From NCBI GenBank assembly GCA_964016885.1, contig OZ024741.1, forward strand, positions 27,900,001-27,964,000: a DNA stretch of 64,000 nucleotides, in the 5' to 3' direction. The notes under the pieces are model-generated. The model was given only the letters and a program-made list of their open reading frames with translations. It was not told the DNA's origin and searched no databases. Positions 42,116 through 53,719 of the stretch are shown piece after piece; positions within the stretch are counted from its first letter, which is position 1, and each line of letters opens with the position of its first letter. The stretch is from Eledone cirrhosa (lineage: Eukaryota). Position numbers and translations under genes: made by a program.

Positions 42116-43662
42116 GAATAGTATATATTTCCCAAATTCAATATCAGAAAGATACAGGCACTAGAAATGAGATGCTACCGCGACATCTTAGACATCAAAA
42201 AATACACAGACCATACCACAGATAAACAGGTCTGCAAAACTATCCAACATCATATTGGCCATCATAAATACCTTGTTATAACAGTAAAAAAAAGAAACTG
42301 AGATGGTATGGCCTTCTAGACCATTCTAGAAGGAACAGTGGAATTTGGGAGAAAAGGAGAAGCAGACAGAGAAAAAGATGGATTGACCTCAAGTATCCTC
42401 GGACCCTATACTGCCGAGCTCCTCTGTAAAATCGGTCGTCACTGGCCATTGTCCGCGGGGCGCAGCCTAAATACCACCCCGCTCTAGGCATAGAGCCTAC
42501 CCCCCCCCCCTTCATCCGTGGCCTCATAGTCTTTTTCCCCTCTCTTTTTTTTTCTCATTTATGGGAATTATAGCATTTTCTACTACTTTCCTCTACAGTC
42601 AGTTCTGTCCTTCTTTACCCCCCCCCCTGTTCGTTGCTTGGTTTTGTTTTTATTCTCTTTTTTCTTTTTCTTTTATATTTCCATCAATATTTGTAATGTT
42701 ATTTATACAATTGAATTGATTTATCAAGCAAATAAGTATATGTTTACTGTTAATTTCATTAAGCAAATTGTTAGAGGAGACCCGAGATCAAGCTCGCAAC
42801 CGCGACAGATAAAGATTAATGTACGGCATGTACCAGGAGGAGTCGAGGGCCTACGATACAATGTGGGATAACTAACTTCTGACAAATGAAGATTGCAGTA
42901 GAGCTTCGATTCTAGACTGATACAAGTTCACTTCATTTTTTGTTTCAAGATTATTATATTGTTATCGATTCCAGATACTATAGATATAAATAACGGTTAA
43001 TAACTCTACGCATGCGCATTCTCATAGAATTTCTAAATTAGGCGATATCCAATTTTAGCGGACTAAATGCCGCTTACTTCAATGTATGAGGCTATTCCAA
43101 CAAATTTACATTTCCCTTTTTTTAGCCGTTAAAAGAAATATAGATTTATTTATTGTTTTTTTTTTGCGATTTATTTGCCACTGGGGCATAGATTTCTTTA
43201 TTTGCCCCTTTTTTGTTTGTTTGTTGTTTTGCGATTTATTAGCCTTTTGGGGTCACAGACACCCCCGTAGAAAGTGTGCGACTTTTCTGCCAGGGAGCAC
43301 AGAGAGAGGGGGGTGTTCCCTTCTTCTCTTACCTGTACAAGCCGATATAGAGAGATGGCCCACTTACACGGGCCATTATTGCTACTTTCACCCATCTTTC
43401 ATGGAATTGGCTGGGACTGAGTGCCTTTTTCTCCACCTTGATCCTTCTTTCGAAGTGGTATCGGAAGAAGAGGACCATTTGTTGGCCGGCGACATATCCC
43501 CACAGTTTCCTCGTTGCAAACGCATCTGGGACATTTCTTTTCCAAGGGGTTTCCGTCCCGGAATCCGTGTCTGTAGAGCCTTTCCCGAACGGGCAGGGCC
43601 CCTCGGTATAATAGTAAGTATTAGTGGTTGTAATAAAAATGCAATCAAAATGTAATAAATAC

Positions 43663-43798
43663 CTTCACTGATTTCTTTCCTTATATTATCAACAGAAGTT
43701 GGTATGTCACCCAAAGTTCGCTTTGTATGTTCCCGAATAGCAGTGAATTTTGATAAAACTGTTTCTAATTCCTTCTCCACAGTAAGACAAATATCCAT
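43663..43798 (-). pseudogene. RMND5: RMND5 (Gid2, CTLH E3 ligase subunit) first coding exon, isolated copy 1
   Basis: MDICLTVEKELETVLSKF resembles human RMND5A MDQCVTVERELEKVLHKF; homology ends at a phase-1 donor GAAG|GTATTT; no further RMND5 exons recognised in the window. Confidence 0.8.
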
Positions 43799-43971
43799 GT
43801 GTAGTTGAAGAGGATAAGTATGAAAGAACAGTCATTTAAATTTACAGATGGACAGATGAGGTGTTTGGCATGGTTTGAGATATATAGAAAAATAATTATT
43901 TACAGAAAAAGAAAATAATAATAAAGAATTATTATAATTTTTTAAAAGATTTATATCTTTTTGGACTACAC

Positions 43972-44107
43972 ATGGATATTTGTCTTACTGTGGAGAAGGA
44001 ATTAGAAACAGTTTTATCAAAATTCACTGCTATCCGGGAACATGCAAAGCGAACTTTGGGTGACATACCAACTTCTGTTGATAATATAAGGAAAGAAATC
44101 AGTGAAG
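43972..44107 (+). pseudogene. RMND5: RMND5 first coding exon, isolated copy 2
   Basis: As copy 1 (EHAK instead of EHTK); donor GT at 44108. Confidence 0.8.
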
Positions 44108-44163
44108 GTATTTATTACATTTTGATTGCATTTTTATTACAACCACTAATACTTACTATTAAA

Positions 44164-44570
44164 CCGAGGGGCCCTGCCCGTTCGGGAAAGGCTCTACAGA
44201 CACGAATTCCGGGACGGAAACCCCTTGGAAAAGAAATGTCCCAGATGCGTTTGCAACGAGGAAACTGTGGGGATATGTCGCCGGCCAACAAATGGTCCTC
44301 TTCTTCCGATACCACTTCGAAAGAAGGATCAAGGTGGAGAAAAAGGCACTCAGTCCCAGCCAATTCCATGAAAGATGGGTGAAAGTAGCAATAATGGCCC
44401 GTGTAAGTGGGCCATCTCTCTATATCGGCTTGTACAGGTAAGAGAAGAAGAGAACCTCCCCTCTCTCTGTGCTCCCTGGCAGAAAGGTCGCACACTTTCT
44501 ACGGGGGTGTGTGTGACCCCAAAAGGCTAATAAATCGCAAAAAAACAAACAAACAAACAAAAAAGGGGCA
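44164..44570 (+). mobile_element. Tx1/L1-type LINE 3' end with an internal deletion, present in each of the four arms
   Basis: Alternative frames read RGALPVRERLYRH...KKCPRCVCNEETV (zf-RVT-like) and LFFRYHFERRIKVEKKALSPSQFHERWVKVA...* (stop 44439-44441); AATAAA at 44529 and an A-rich tail. Confidence 0.75.
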
Positions 44571-45215
44571 AAGGCGATATCCAATTTTAGCTGTCTAAAT
44601 GCCGCTTACTTGCTGCAGTTACTGCTTACTTCAATGTATGAGGCTATTCCAACAAATTTACATTCCCCCTTTTTTTAGCCGTTAAAAGAAATATAGATTT
44701 ATTTATTGTTTTTTTTTTGCGATTTATTTGCCACTGGGGCATAGATTTCTTTATTTGCCCCTTTTTTGTTTGTTTGTTGTTTTGCGATTTATTAGCCTTT
44801 TGGGGTCACAGACACCCCCGTAGAAAGTGTGCGACTTTTCTGCCAGGGAGCACAGAGAGAGGGGGGTGTTCCCTTCTTCTCTTACCTGTACAAGCCGATA
44901 TAGAGAGATGGCCCACTTACACGGGCCATTATTGCTACTTTCACCCATCTTTCATGGAATTGGCTGGGACTGAGTGCCTTTTTCTCCACCTTGATCCTTC
45001 TTTCGAAGTGGTATCGGAAGAAGAGGACCATTTGTTGGCCGGCGACATATCCCCACAGTTTCCTCGTTGCAAACGCATCTGGGACATTTCTTTTCCAAGG
45101 GGTTTCCGTCCCGGAATCCGTGTCTGTAGAGCCTTTCCCGAACGGGCAGGGCCCCTCGGTATAATAGTAAGTATTAGTGGTTGTAATAAAAATGCAATCA
45201 AAATGTAATAAATAC

Positions 45216-45351
45216 CTTCACTGATTTCTTTCCTTATATTATCAACAGAAGTTGGTATGTCACCCAAAGTTCGCTTTGTATGTTCCCGAATAGCAGTGAA
45301 TTTTGATAAAACTGTTTCTAATTCCTTCTCCACAGTAAGACAAATATCCAT
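45216..45351 (-). pseudogene. RMND5: RMND5 first coding exon, isolated copy 3
   Basis: Same translation as copy 1, offset 1553. Confidence 0.8.
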
Positions 45352-45524
45352 GTGTAGTTGAAGAGGATAAGTATGAAAGAACAGTCATTTAAATTTACAG
45401 ATGGACAGATGAGGTGTTTGGCATGGTTTGAGATATATAGAAAAATAATTATTTACAGAAAAAGAAAATAATAATAAAGAATTATTATAATTTTTTAAAA
45501 GATTTATATCTTTTTGGACTACAC

Positions 45525-45660
45525 ATGGATATTTGTCTTACTGTGGAGAAGGAATTAGAAACAGTTTTATCAAAATTCACTGCTATCCGGGAACATGCAA
45601 AGCGAACTTTGGGTGACATACCAACTTCTGTTGATAATATAAGGAAAGAAATCAGTGAAG
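45525..45660 (+). pseudogene. RMND5: RMND5 first coding exon, isolated copy 4
   Basis: Same translation as copy 2, offset 1553; donor GT at 45661. Confidence 0.8.
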
Positions 45661-46728
45661 GTATTTATTACATTTTGATTGCATTTTTATTACAACCACT
45701 AATACTTACTATTATACCGAGGGGCCCTGCCCGTTCGGGAAAGGCTCTACAGACACGAATTCCGGGACGGAAACCCCTTGGAAAAGAAATGTCCCAGATG
45801 CGTTTGCAACGAGGAAACTGTGGGGATATGTCGCCGGCCAACAAATGGTCCTCTTCTTCCGATACCACTTCGAAAGAAGGATCAAGGTGGAGAAAAAGGC
45901 ACTCAGTCCCAGCCAATTCCATGAAAGATGGGTGAAAGTAGCAATAATGGCCCGTGTAAGTGGGCCATCTCTCTATATCGGCTTGTACAGGTAAGAGAAG
46001 AAGAGAACCTCCCCTCTCTCTGTGCTCCCTGGCAGAAAGGTCGCACACTTTCTACGGGGGTGTGTGTGACCCCAAAAGGCTAATAAATCGCAAAAAAACA
46101 AACAAAAAAGGGGAAAATAAAGAAATCTATGCCCCAGTGGCAAATAAATCGCAAAAAAATAAAAATAAATAAATCTATATTTCTTTTAACGGCTAAAAAA
46201 AAGGGGAATGTAAATTTGTTGGAATAGCCTCATACATTGAAGTAAGCAGCAAGTAAGCAGCATTTAGACAGCTAAAATTGGATATCGCCGTAAACAAACA
46301 AACAAACAAAAAAAGGGGCAAATAAAGAAATCTATGCCCCAGTGGCAAATAAATCGCCAAAAAAAACCCAATAAATAAATCTATATTTATTTTAACGGCT
46401 AAAAAAGGGGGAATGTAAATTTGTTGGAATAGCCTCATACATTGAAGTAAGCAGCAACTACAGCAAGTAAGCGGCATTTAGGCCGCTAAAATTGGATATC
46501 GCCTCTAATTGAAATAGGCATTCTTATCGTTAACTTTGAATATTTTAATATTTCGTTTAATAAAATGAAAAATAACTTGTTGTTATACTTGGGGAGGGTC
46601 ATATTGTTGTAATAATATTGCCAGAAATAATAACAGAACACACTCACTGTTTGGTTGGTTGAATAACTTGAAACAACATAAAATATTATATTCAGAACGA
46701 CTTAACGAAAATATTTGAATGGATTAAT

Positions 46729-46743
46729 TGATTACCTCCCTTG
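46729..46743 (+). promoter_or_regulatory. Candidate distal element TGATTACCTCCCTTG of U1 copy 4
   Basis: At -273..-259. Confidence 0.72.
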
Positions 46744-46941
46744 ATATAGCTTCTGCAGGAGTTATGGAGGTGAAGTGGAACAATAAAATCTATTAAATTA
46801 CACATTTTATAAAAGATTATCTAAGTAAATAGTTAAATAAAAAAAATTAAAAGTTTTAGTATAATTAGTTATATGTAAATGTTTTAAAAATATAATGGCA
46901 ACACTATTGAAAAATTAGCTTTTCAGAAAAGTTGCAGTCGG

Positions 46942-46950
46942 AAAATCAGT
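46942..46950 (+). promoter_or_regulatory. Candidate PSE core AAAATCAGT of U1 copy 4
   Basis: At -60..-52. Confidence 0.75.
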
Positions 46951-47001
46951 CAGTTTAGAATGCAAAGAATATATATAATAAATAGCCCCATTTGTTCAAG
47001 C

Positions 47002-47164
47002 ATACTTACCTGGCACAGGGGTTAACCATGATCAGCTAGGTGGTTCTCCCAGAGTGAGGCCCTTCCATTGCACTCCGGTTGGGTTGACCTTTGCGATCGC
47101 CCCAAATGTGGGCGACTCGGGTGCGCTATTTCTAAGTGTGGGGTCTGCGTTCGCGCTCACCCCG
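47002..47164 (+). ncRNA. U1: U1 snRNA gene, copy 4 (variant type)
   Basis: Coding region identical to copies 1 and 2, in divergent flanks. Confidence 0.97.
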
Positions 47165-47439
47165 TAAAATAACCAAAAATCAGATTATTGCTATTTCCTA
47201 TTTTTCTCCTAATGATTTCTACCTTCATCTTCTCTAATAGTATTTTATCTTAGAGTGAGCTCGTGACCCTGTGTGGTGTGCGACCAATTGAAATACTTTG
47301 TGTTGAATTGGTAAGGCCTTTCTTTATAATGTTCTTTTTTTTCCATTATCCCATGTATAATGTTTTTTAGAGTATAAAGAAAATTAATTGTCGCAGGAAT
47401 GTTACCACTTAAAATATAATTTTGCAGGAAATGGATTAG

Positions 47440-47670
<231 letters not shown>

Positions 47671-48064
47671 TGATATTTATCTCATTGGCTCAACTTTCTT
47701 TTCTTATTCCTTCTCCATTTGTAATTTCTTGTAATATATTGAGTAATGAGAGATTTCCACCCAGCATGGTTATGAGGTCTGTTCCTATGCCAGGCCCTCA
47801 ACCAGTTCTTGGCAGATCTGGCTTCCACATCTCGTTGTAGCTGAACACTTTCTGTTACCGTATGGTGACGATATCCTGTGGATTACTGAGCCTAGCTCTT
47901 TCAATGACATCTTCATTGGTGTGGTTACACCAAGATATGTGGAAGACATCTGCAGTTATATAGATTCTGTTGGGTTTTTCTCCACATCTTGCAAGCATAT
48001 GTTGCTGTTAGCACAAGTGTTGAACTATACAGGTGGGGTTGGTTGATGAAGGAGTTGTGCTATA

Positions 48065-48280
48065 CAGATGGAGTTTGGTACTTCAGTTAATGAGGTTAGA
48101 CTATGTAAGTGGAGTTTGGTACCTCAGTTAATAGAGATAGACCATATAGGTGGAGTTTGGTACCTCATGTAATAGAGATAGACCATGTAGGTGGAGTTTG
48201 GTACCTCAGTTAATAGAGATAGACTATGTAGGTGGAGTTTGGTACCTCAGTTAATGAAGGAGTTAGACCATATAGGTGGC
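48065..48280. repeat. ~41-bp tandem repeat, ~5 units
   Basis: gtggagtttggtacctcagttaatagagatagaccatatag repeated. Confidence 0.85.
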
Positions 48281-49049
48281 GTTTGTTGCCTTGGTTGATG
48301 ATGAGTTGGAAGACAGCTGTAGCTATGCCCTCCACATCAGTTTCTGAGTTGCCATCGTTAGTGCTCAGATATGCAAATGAATCTGGCTCTCTAGCTAAAC
48401 AGGTTGCTATTCTACCTCCCCAACAATCATAATGTTTTTAGGGTGCTATTAACGTGGCATATTTTAATAAAAATCTATGGGTTTTCAATTCAATTCTATA
48501 ATTTGTATTTTTTAAATTTCTTTTTTTTCTTTACCACTACCAGGAGTTTAAATTTGTATAGTATGAAACAGCTGATAGACATGTTTGTCTCTCTCTGTCT
48601 GCTTTCTCTCTCTCTTTATTTCACTGTCTACTCTCTCTCCCTTTGATTATCTCTCTTTTTGTCTGTTGGTCTGTTTTTGTTTCTGAGAAGAGTTGAACTT
48701 AGTACAGTCAGCTGACTCACTTAGCAATTACTTTAGCTTCTCTTGGGTAGCTCTTAGGTACTCTAAAATAAAAATGGTAGCTCTACAGCAGAGGTTGAGA
48801 ACATAGGGCACTTTAGCTTCTCTTGGGTGGTCCTCTTTTTCTTTTTTAGGTAGTCTAAAATAAAAATAAAAATTACGACCAGGCCATCAAAACAATTTCA
48901 GATAAGATTCAAAGCCAAAAATCACATTGAGTAAGAACTATATTAACTAAATTCCTGTTCTCTTGTATGTATTTTTGTTTATAATAAATTATAGTTCTCA
49001 TAATTAGCTAAAATTTGTCTCTTTGGATGAAAAAGTTTCCCCATTTCTG

Positions 49050-49275
49050 CTCCACATGATTGATGAAAGTGTGTGGCCTAGTGGTTAGTGTTTGACTCCA
49101 CATGTGAGGTGAAAGTGTGTGGTCTAGTGGTTAGTGTTGGACTCCACATGTGAGGTGAAAGTGTGTGGTCTAGTGGTTAGTGTTGGACTCCACATGTGAG
49201 GTGAAAGTGTGTGGCCTAGTGGTTAGTGTTGGACTCCACATGTGAGGTGAAAGTGTGTGGCCTAGTGGTTAGCAT
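49050..49275. repeat. 46-bp tandem repeat, ~5 units, containing a tRNA A-box-like SINE head
   Basis: ctccacatgtgaggtgaaagtgtgtggtctagtggttagtgttgga repeated. Confidence 0.85.
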
Positions 49276-49395
49276 TTCTTTCCCACATGATAGTTATCAT
49301 AGAACATTGAGAGCTAAACATCTTTGGTCAATAACCAAATAGAACTCACTGACCATTTGGCTGCTAGACTGACCAAATGGTTTTGTGGACTGTAA

Positions 49396-49554
<159 letters not shown>

Positions 49555-49744
49555 TAATATGTTAAGAATATCATCAACATCATCCTCGTTTAATGTCTAT
49601 CTTCCACGCTAGCATGGGTTAGACTGGCTGTCCTATTTGAGGCAAGTCTTGCTCATACAGAAATGCTTCTGGCCTGGTTTCTACGGCTGGATGGCCTTCC
49701 TAATGCCAACTACATTTACAGTGTGTACTGGGCGCTTTTTGTCG

Positions 49745-49955
49745 TGGCACCAAAATGACCACTTTATAGTGTGGGCTGGGTGGTTTTTGTCATGACACCA
49801 ACATGACCACTTTACAGTGTGGGCTGGGTGGTTTTTGTCATGACACCAACATGACCACTTTACAGTGTGGGCTGGGTGGTTTTTGTCATGACACCAACAT
49901 GACCACTTTACAGTGTGGACTGGGTGCTTTTTGTTGTGGCACCAACATGACCACT
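49745..49955. repeat. 48-bp tandem repeat inside an RTE 3'UTR relic (~49570-49955)
   Basis: caccaacatgaccactttacagtgtgggctgggtggtttttgtcatga x ~4. Confidence 0.8.
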
Positions 49956-50469
49956 ATGTATATATCATCAATGTCTCATCTCATCTCAGCCAATCTTCCA
50001 GTTGAACCTGGGATTTAAACTCATGCCTGACATCTCACTTCTCAATCTTTGTTTGTATTTCTGATAAAGTTTGATCTGGTGTCTCTTTGATATTGTCTCT
50101 CACAGTTTATCTGTTCATACATTGGCTGCCATTATACCAGACATGAGACCATTTCTTCAGAGTTTCACACACTGACCTGCTAACCACACTCTTTACTGAG
50201 CTATCTTTTCAATCAGTGTAATCAATTAGTAATATAAACTAGATTTTGTCCATTTCAAGCAGTTTCTGTCTCTCTCTCTCACACACACATACACATGCAT
50301 ACACACACACACACAAATATGAATGTATATGTACTTCAAGGTTAAAAAGAAAACCAATTACCCAGATTTGTATTAGTTTCAAGTTTGTGATAAAAGGAAA
50401 AAGAATGTCTCAATGTATCAGATGTTAATCTTTCATCAGGAAAGAGTAAAGTTAAGAAAGGTTGGAAGG

Positions 50470-50523
<54 letters not shown>

Positions 50524-50680
50524 AAAGGTAAACAGAAATAACAAAAATAAACGGCATAGTACATGGAAGAAGTATATTAGTTTAATGCTTGAAATAACAG
50601 GAAGAGAGTAAGATAGTTATAAATAGAAAGTAAAGAGTGATGAGTGGATATGTATGAATTATATAAACTTCTATTATCAG

Positions 50681-50820
50681 GTGGCAGCTTGGAGAAACTT
50701 ATTTCTCAAGATAAACATCTTCCTGAATACTCCATTCGAAAATTTGGTGTTGATCTCATCAGGGGCCTTCATTTCCTTCATTCTCTTAACATAATCTTCT
50801 GTGATCTTCGTCCTTCCAAG
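50681..50820 (+). CDS. ULK4: ULK4 coding exon 3
   Basis: cag|(G)GSLEKLISQDKHLPEYSIRKFGVDLIRGLHFLHSLNIIFCDLRPSK|gtcagt; 140 nt. Confidence 0.95.
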
Positions 50821-53164
50821 GTCAGTTGAACAAATTTGTTACTTTCAAGTAAGAACTTTTTTGTAATAACCTTTTTGAATTCCATGTATCTAACACTGTT
50901 GGACATGCTTACAGAATCAGAAAACAGTACAGCTCCCATGACTTTCGGAAACATTTTTTCACACTCAGAGTTGCTGAAGCATGGAACAAATCACCTGTAT
51001 CAGTTGTTAGCTGTCAGGACGGTGCATCCTTCAAAACCTTCATGCTTCCCAAAATTTGCCAACACTACACCTGATATTCCACCTCTATACACACACATGC
51101 ATGTGTGAATGTATCTGTGTGTATATCATGCCTTGTACATTGTTCACTTTCCTGACATTTGTACATTATTCTAAGTACTATACATGCATCTTTGATGAGT
51201 TGTAGTGCACCTGAGCATTGTACACAATAATTTTCATTATTATTATTTACTATTCAACATCTGTTTTTCATGCTTGCTTGGGTTTGACAGGTTGTCATGT
51301 TCTGGGGTTAGACAAGTCAGGTGACCATGTCTTGATAATACATTACATTTTTGGCTTCAGTTCTACAGTTGAATGCTCTGCCTAATGCCAACTACTTTAG
51401 AAAATGTACTGGGTACTTTTTATCGTAACTCCAGGACTACCACTTTACAGGGTGGACTTGGTGTGTTTTTGGTGTAGACCAACACTACGACTTTACAAAA
51501 TGGATTGTGTGCTTTTTGGTTTGGCACCAGCACTACCATCTTGCAATAGTTGATATAGTGTGTATAGTTTGTAAATTTGCAGCTTGAATCTGTTGAATTG
51601 CATGCAGTGCAGACACATACAATCACTCTCAAATGGACATATATAGACTTGCTTGCACATTTGAAAAAAATAATTTTTCTTATTTTTTTCTTATTGATTT
51701 AGTCTGCAGCCCCCACTCCCTAGAATGAGATTTGCTTAGTGGACAGGAAATGGTTGGACATTACTGTTCACTTTCAACATATACATATACACAAGTAACC
51801 AATGTACAACACGGAAGTTAATGTATACATAGAAAATTAATGGTGTGTACAATAATATGCAGCAAAAGCACAAGTATTTTAGGGTTAATTTCCTCACCTG
51901 TGGGTCCCATGACAGGCTTTATATTCATTATGGGAACAGCTTTAAAGCAATGTTTTATAACACGATGCCCTTCCTGGTGCCAGACCATTTAGTTGCCTCT
52001 TATGACACACAGGTATGATGTAATTAGTCTAAACTGGATAAATACAGCAAGTGTAAAAATAATTCTACATAACATACATATAAAGCAAACATACTTTTGT
52101 CAGAGTGAAAAATATTTGCACCACATAAGATTTATTGGTACATTGAATATTAAATATTAGAGGAAACACTTTTAGACAGTGTGTTAGTTTACTTCAACAC
52201 AGTGTGGCAAGATAGGTTTATTTCACCAATATAGTTAGACAGGTTTGCTCTTCCAGTGTAGTTAGACAAGTTTTCATCAGTTGATACCTTTGTGTAACCT
52301 TGAATTGGTAGAATCATTAGAACATCAGTATTTACTCTGGTTCTCTGAACTCTGAGTTCAAACATTGACTTTCATCATTTATGGGGAGTTTGATAAAGTT
52401 CCTGTCCAAGGTTGGTGGATTGACTGGTACAGAGTCAGATGAGATATTTGCAGTGTTTGATTTGGCTCTTTGTATTTGGAGTTCAAATCCGACCTCCTTC
52501 TGCTAGGAATTGTGACCAACAGACAGTATCAGCAATGTAAAGATCAAAGAAAACATTGTTTCTTTGGTTTGATCTAATGATTAGCTTCTGATGTATATCG
52601 TGTATTTTTGGCTTGGTTTTTATGACTAGAAGCCTTTCTTATCACCAACCACTTTGCAGCATTGACTGGGTGTATTATACTACTGTCATTAGAGAGGTTG
52701 TACACATCAGAACTAAAGCATCCCCTCATAACTGATCACTTTTTGTTCACAGCTTTTTGAGTCCACATCTTTATTTTATTATTTTTTTTTTTATTCATCC
52801 TCTGAATGTGTCATTGTACTGGTGAATTATTATCAATGTACACACATTTAACTCTTTGATATCAAACAACCTGATATCACCCTTGGTTCTATTGTTTTGA
52901 ACTGTTCATATTTACTTAAAAAGCTTCAATCATAATTCTATTTAAGAACCTTTGTTAAGATATGTTCTAAACACCAACTTAATATTGAGAAACTTTGTTT
53001 TAACACTAAATCTTGTCAAATTCTTGATTATTTAAAAAATTATTTGAAAATTATAGGTAACATCTTAGATTAGAAATATGTTAATAAAATGGTTAAATGA
53101 AATTTATAACAGATCTCCATTACCGAAAAAGTAGCATAACTCCATTGACTATTTTTTTTTTCAG

Positions 53165-53318
53165 CTTTTATTTGATTGTTATGGCAAACTAAAATATGCT
53201 GACTTTGGTCTGTCTAGAACTGAAGAAGAAAACCTGGAAGTAGTCTTTCAAAATTTTCTTGAAATTAGTGACATTGATTCAAAAGATGAAGAACTTATCA
53301 AGAAACAACCAACAAAAG
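53165..53318 (+). CDS. ULK4: ULK4 coding exon 4
   Basis: (t)n cag|LLFDCYGKLKYADFGLSRTEEENLEVVFQNF...KQPTK(G)|gt; 154 nt, phases consistent with its neighbours. Confidence 0.93.
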
Positions 53319-53719
53319 GTTTCTTTCTTTATTTATTTGTTATCCTGACAGATAATCCCTCTAGTACTGGGGTCACAATAAAGTCACTAAGTCCATGCTG
53401 TAATGTGGTTGATGATAGGAAGGGCTTCCAGCCAGAAAACCCTCAAGACTAGCATATCCTGACAGATAATCCCTCTAGTACTGGGGTCACAATAAAGTCA
53501 CTAAGTCCATGGTGTAATGTGGTTGATGATAGGAAGGGCCTCCAGCTAGAAAACCCTCAAGACTAGCACAACTCACAAGATAAACACTTAATATATATAT
53601 TGCAAGAAATGTTATGAATAAAGAGAAGTTGTGCTGAGACAGACTCATCCAACCAATACAAGCATAGAAAAATAGATGAAAAATGATGAAAGAAATCTTC
53701 ATCATCATCATGTTCCTGC

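Larger units (their letters stand above)
43041..46503. mobile_element. Fold-back structure bounded by ~39-bp TIRs; tandem dimer (period 1553 bp) of a long-armed inverted repeat with a 159-bp spacer
   Basis: Left end ggcgatatccaattttagcggactaaatgccgcttactt, right end its reverse complement. Arms 43041-43805 / 43965-44572 and 44573-45358 / 45518-46289; extra terminal segment 46290-46503. Confidence 0.85.

Noticed and set aside
43086-43655. 189-aa and related antisense ORFs in the palindrome arms
   Set aside because: Opposite strand of the LINE-derived segment; starts and lengths vary between copies.
44515-44545. Similarity of gccttttgg / ggctaa to the U2 snRNA 5' end (Keno-type Tx1 target)
   Set aside because: The match is too short and nothing else of U2 is present.
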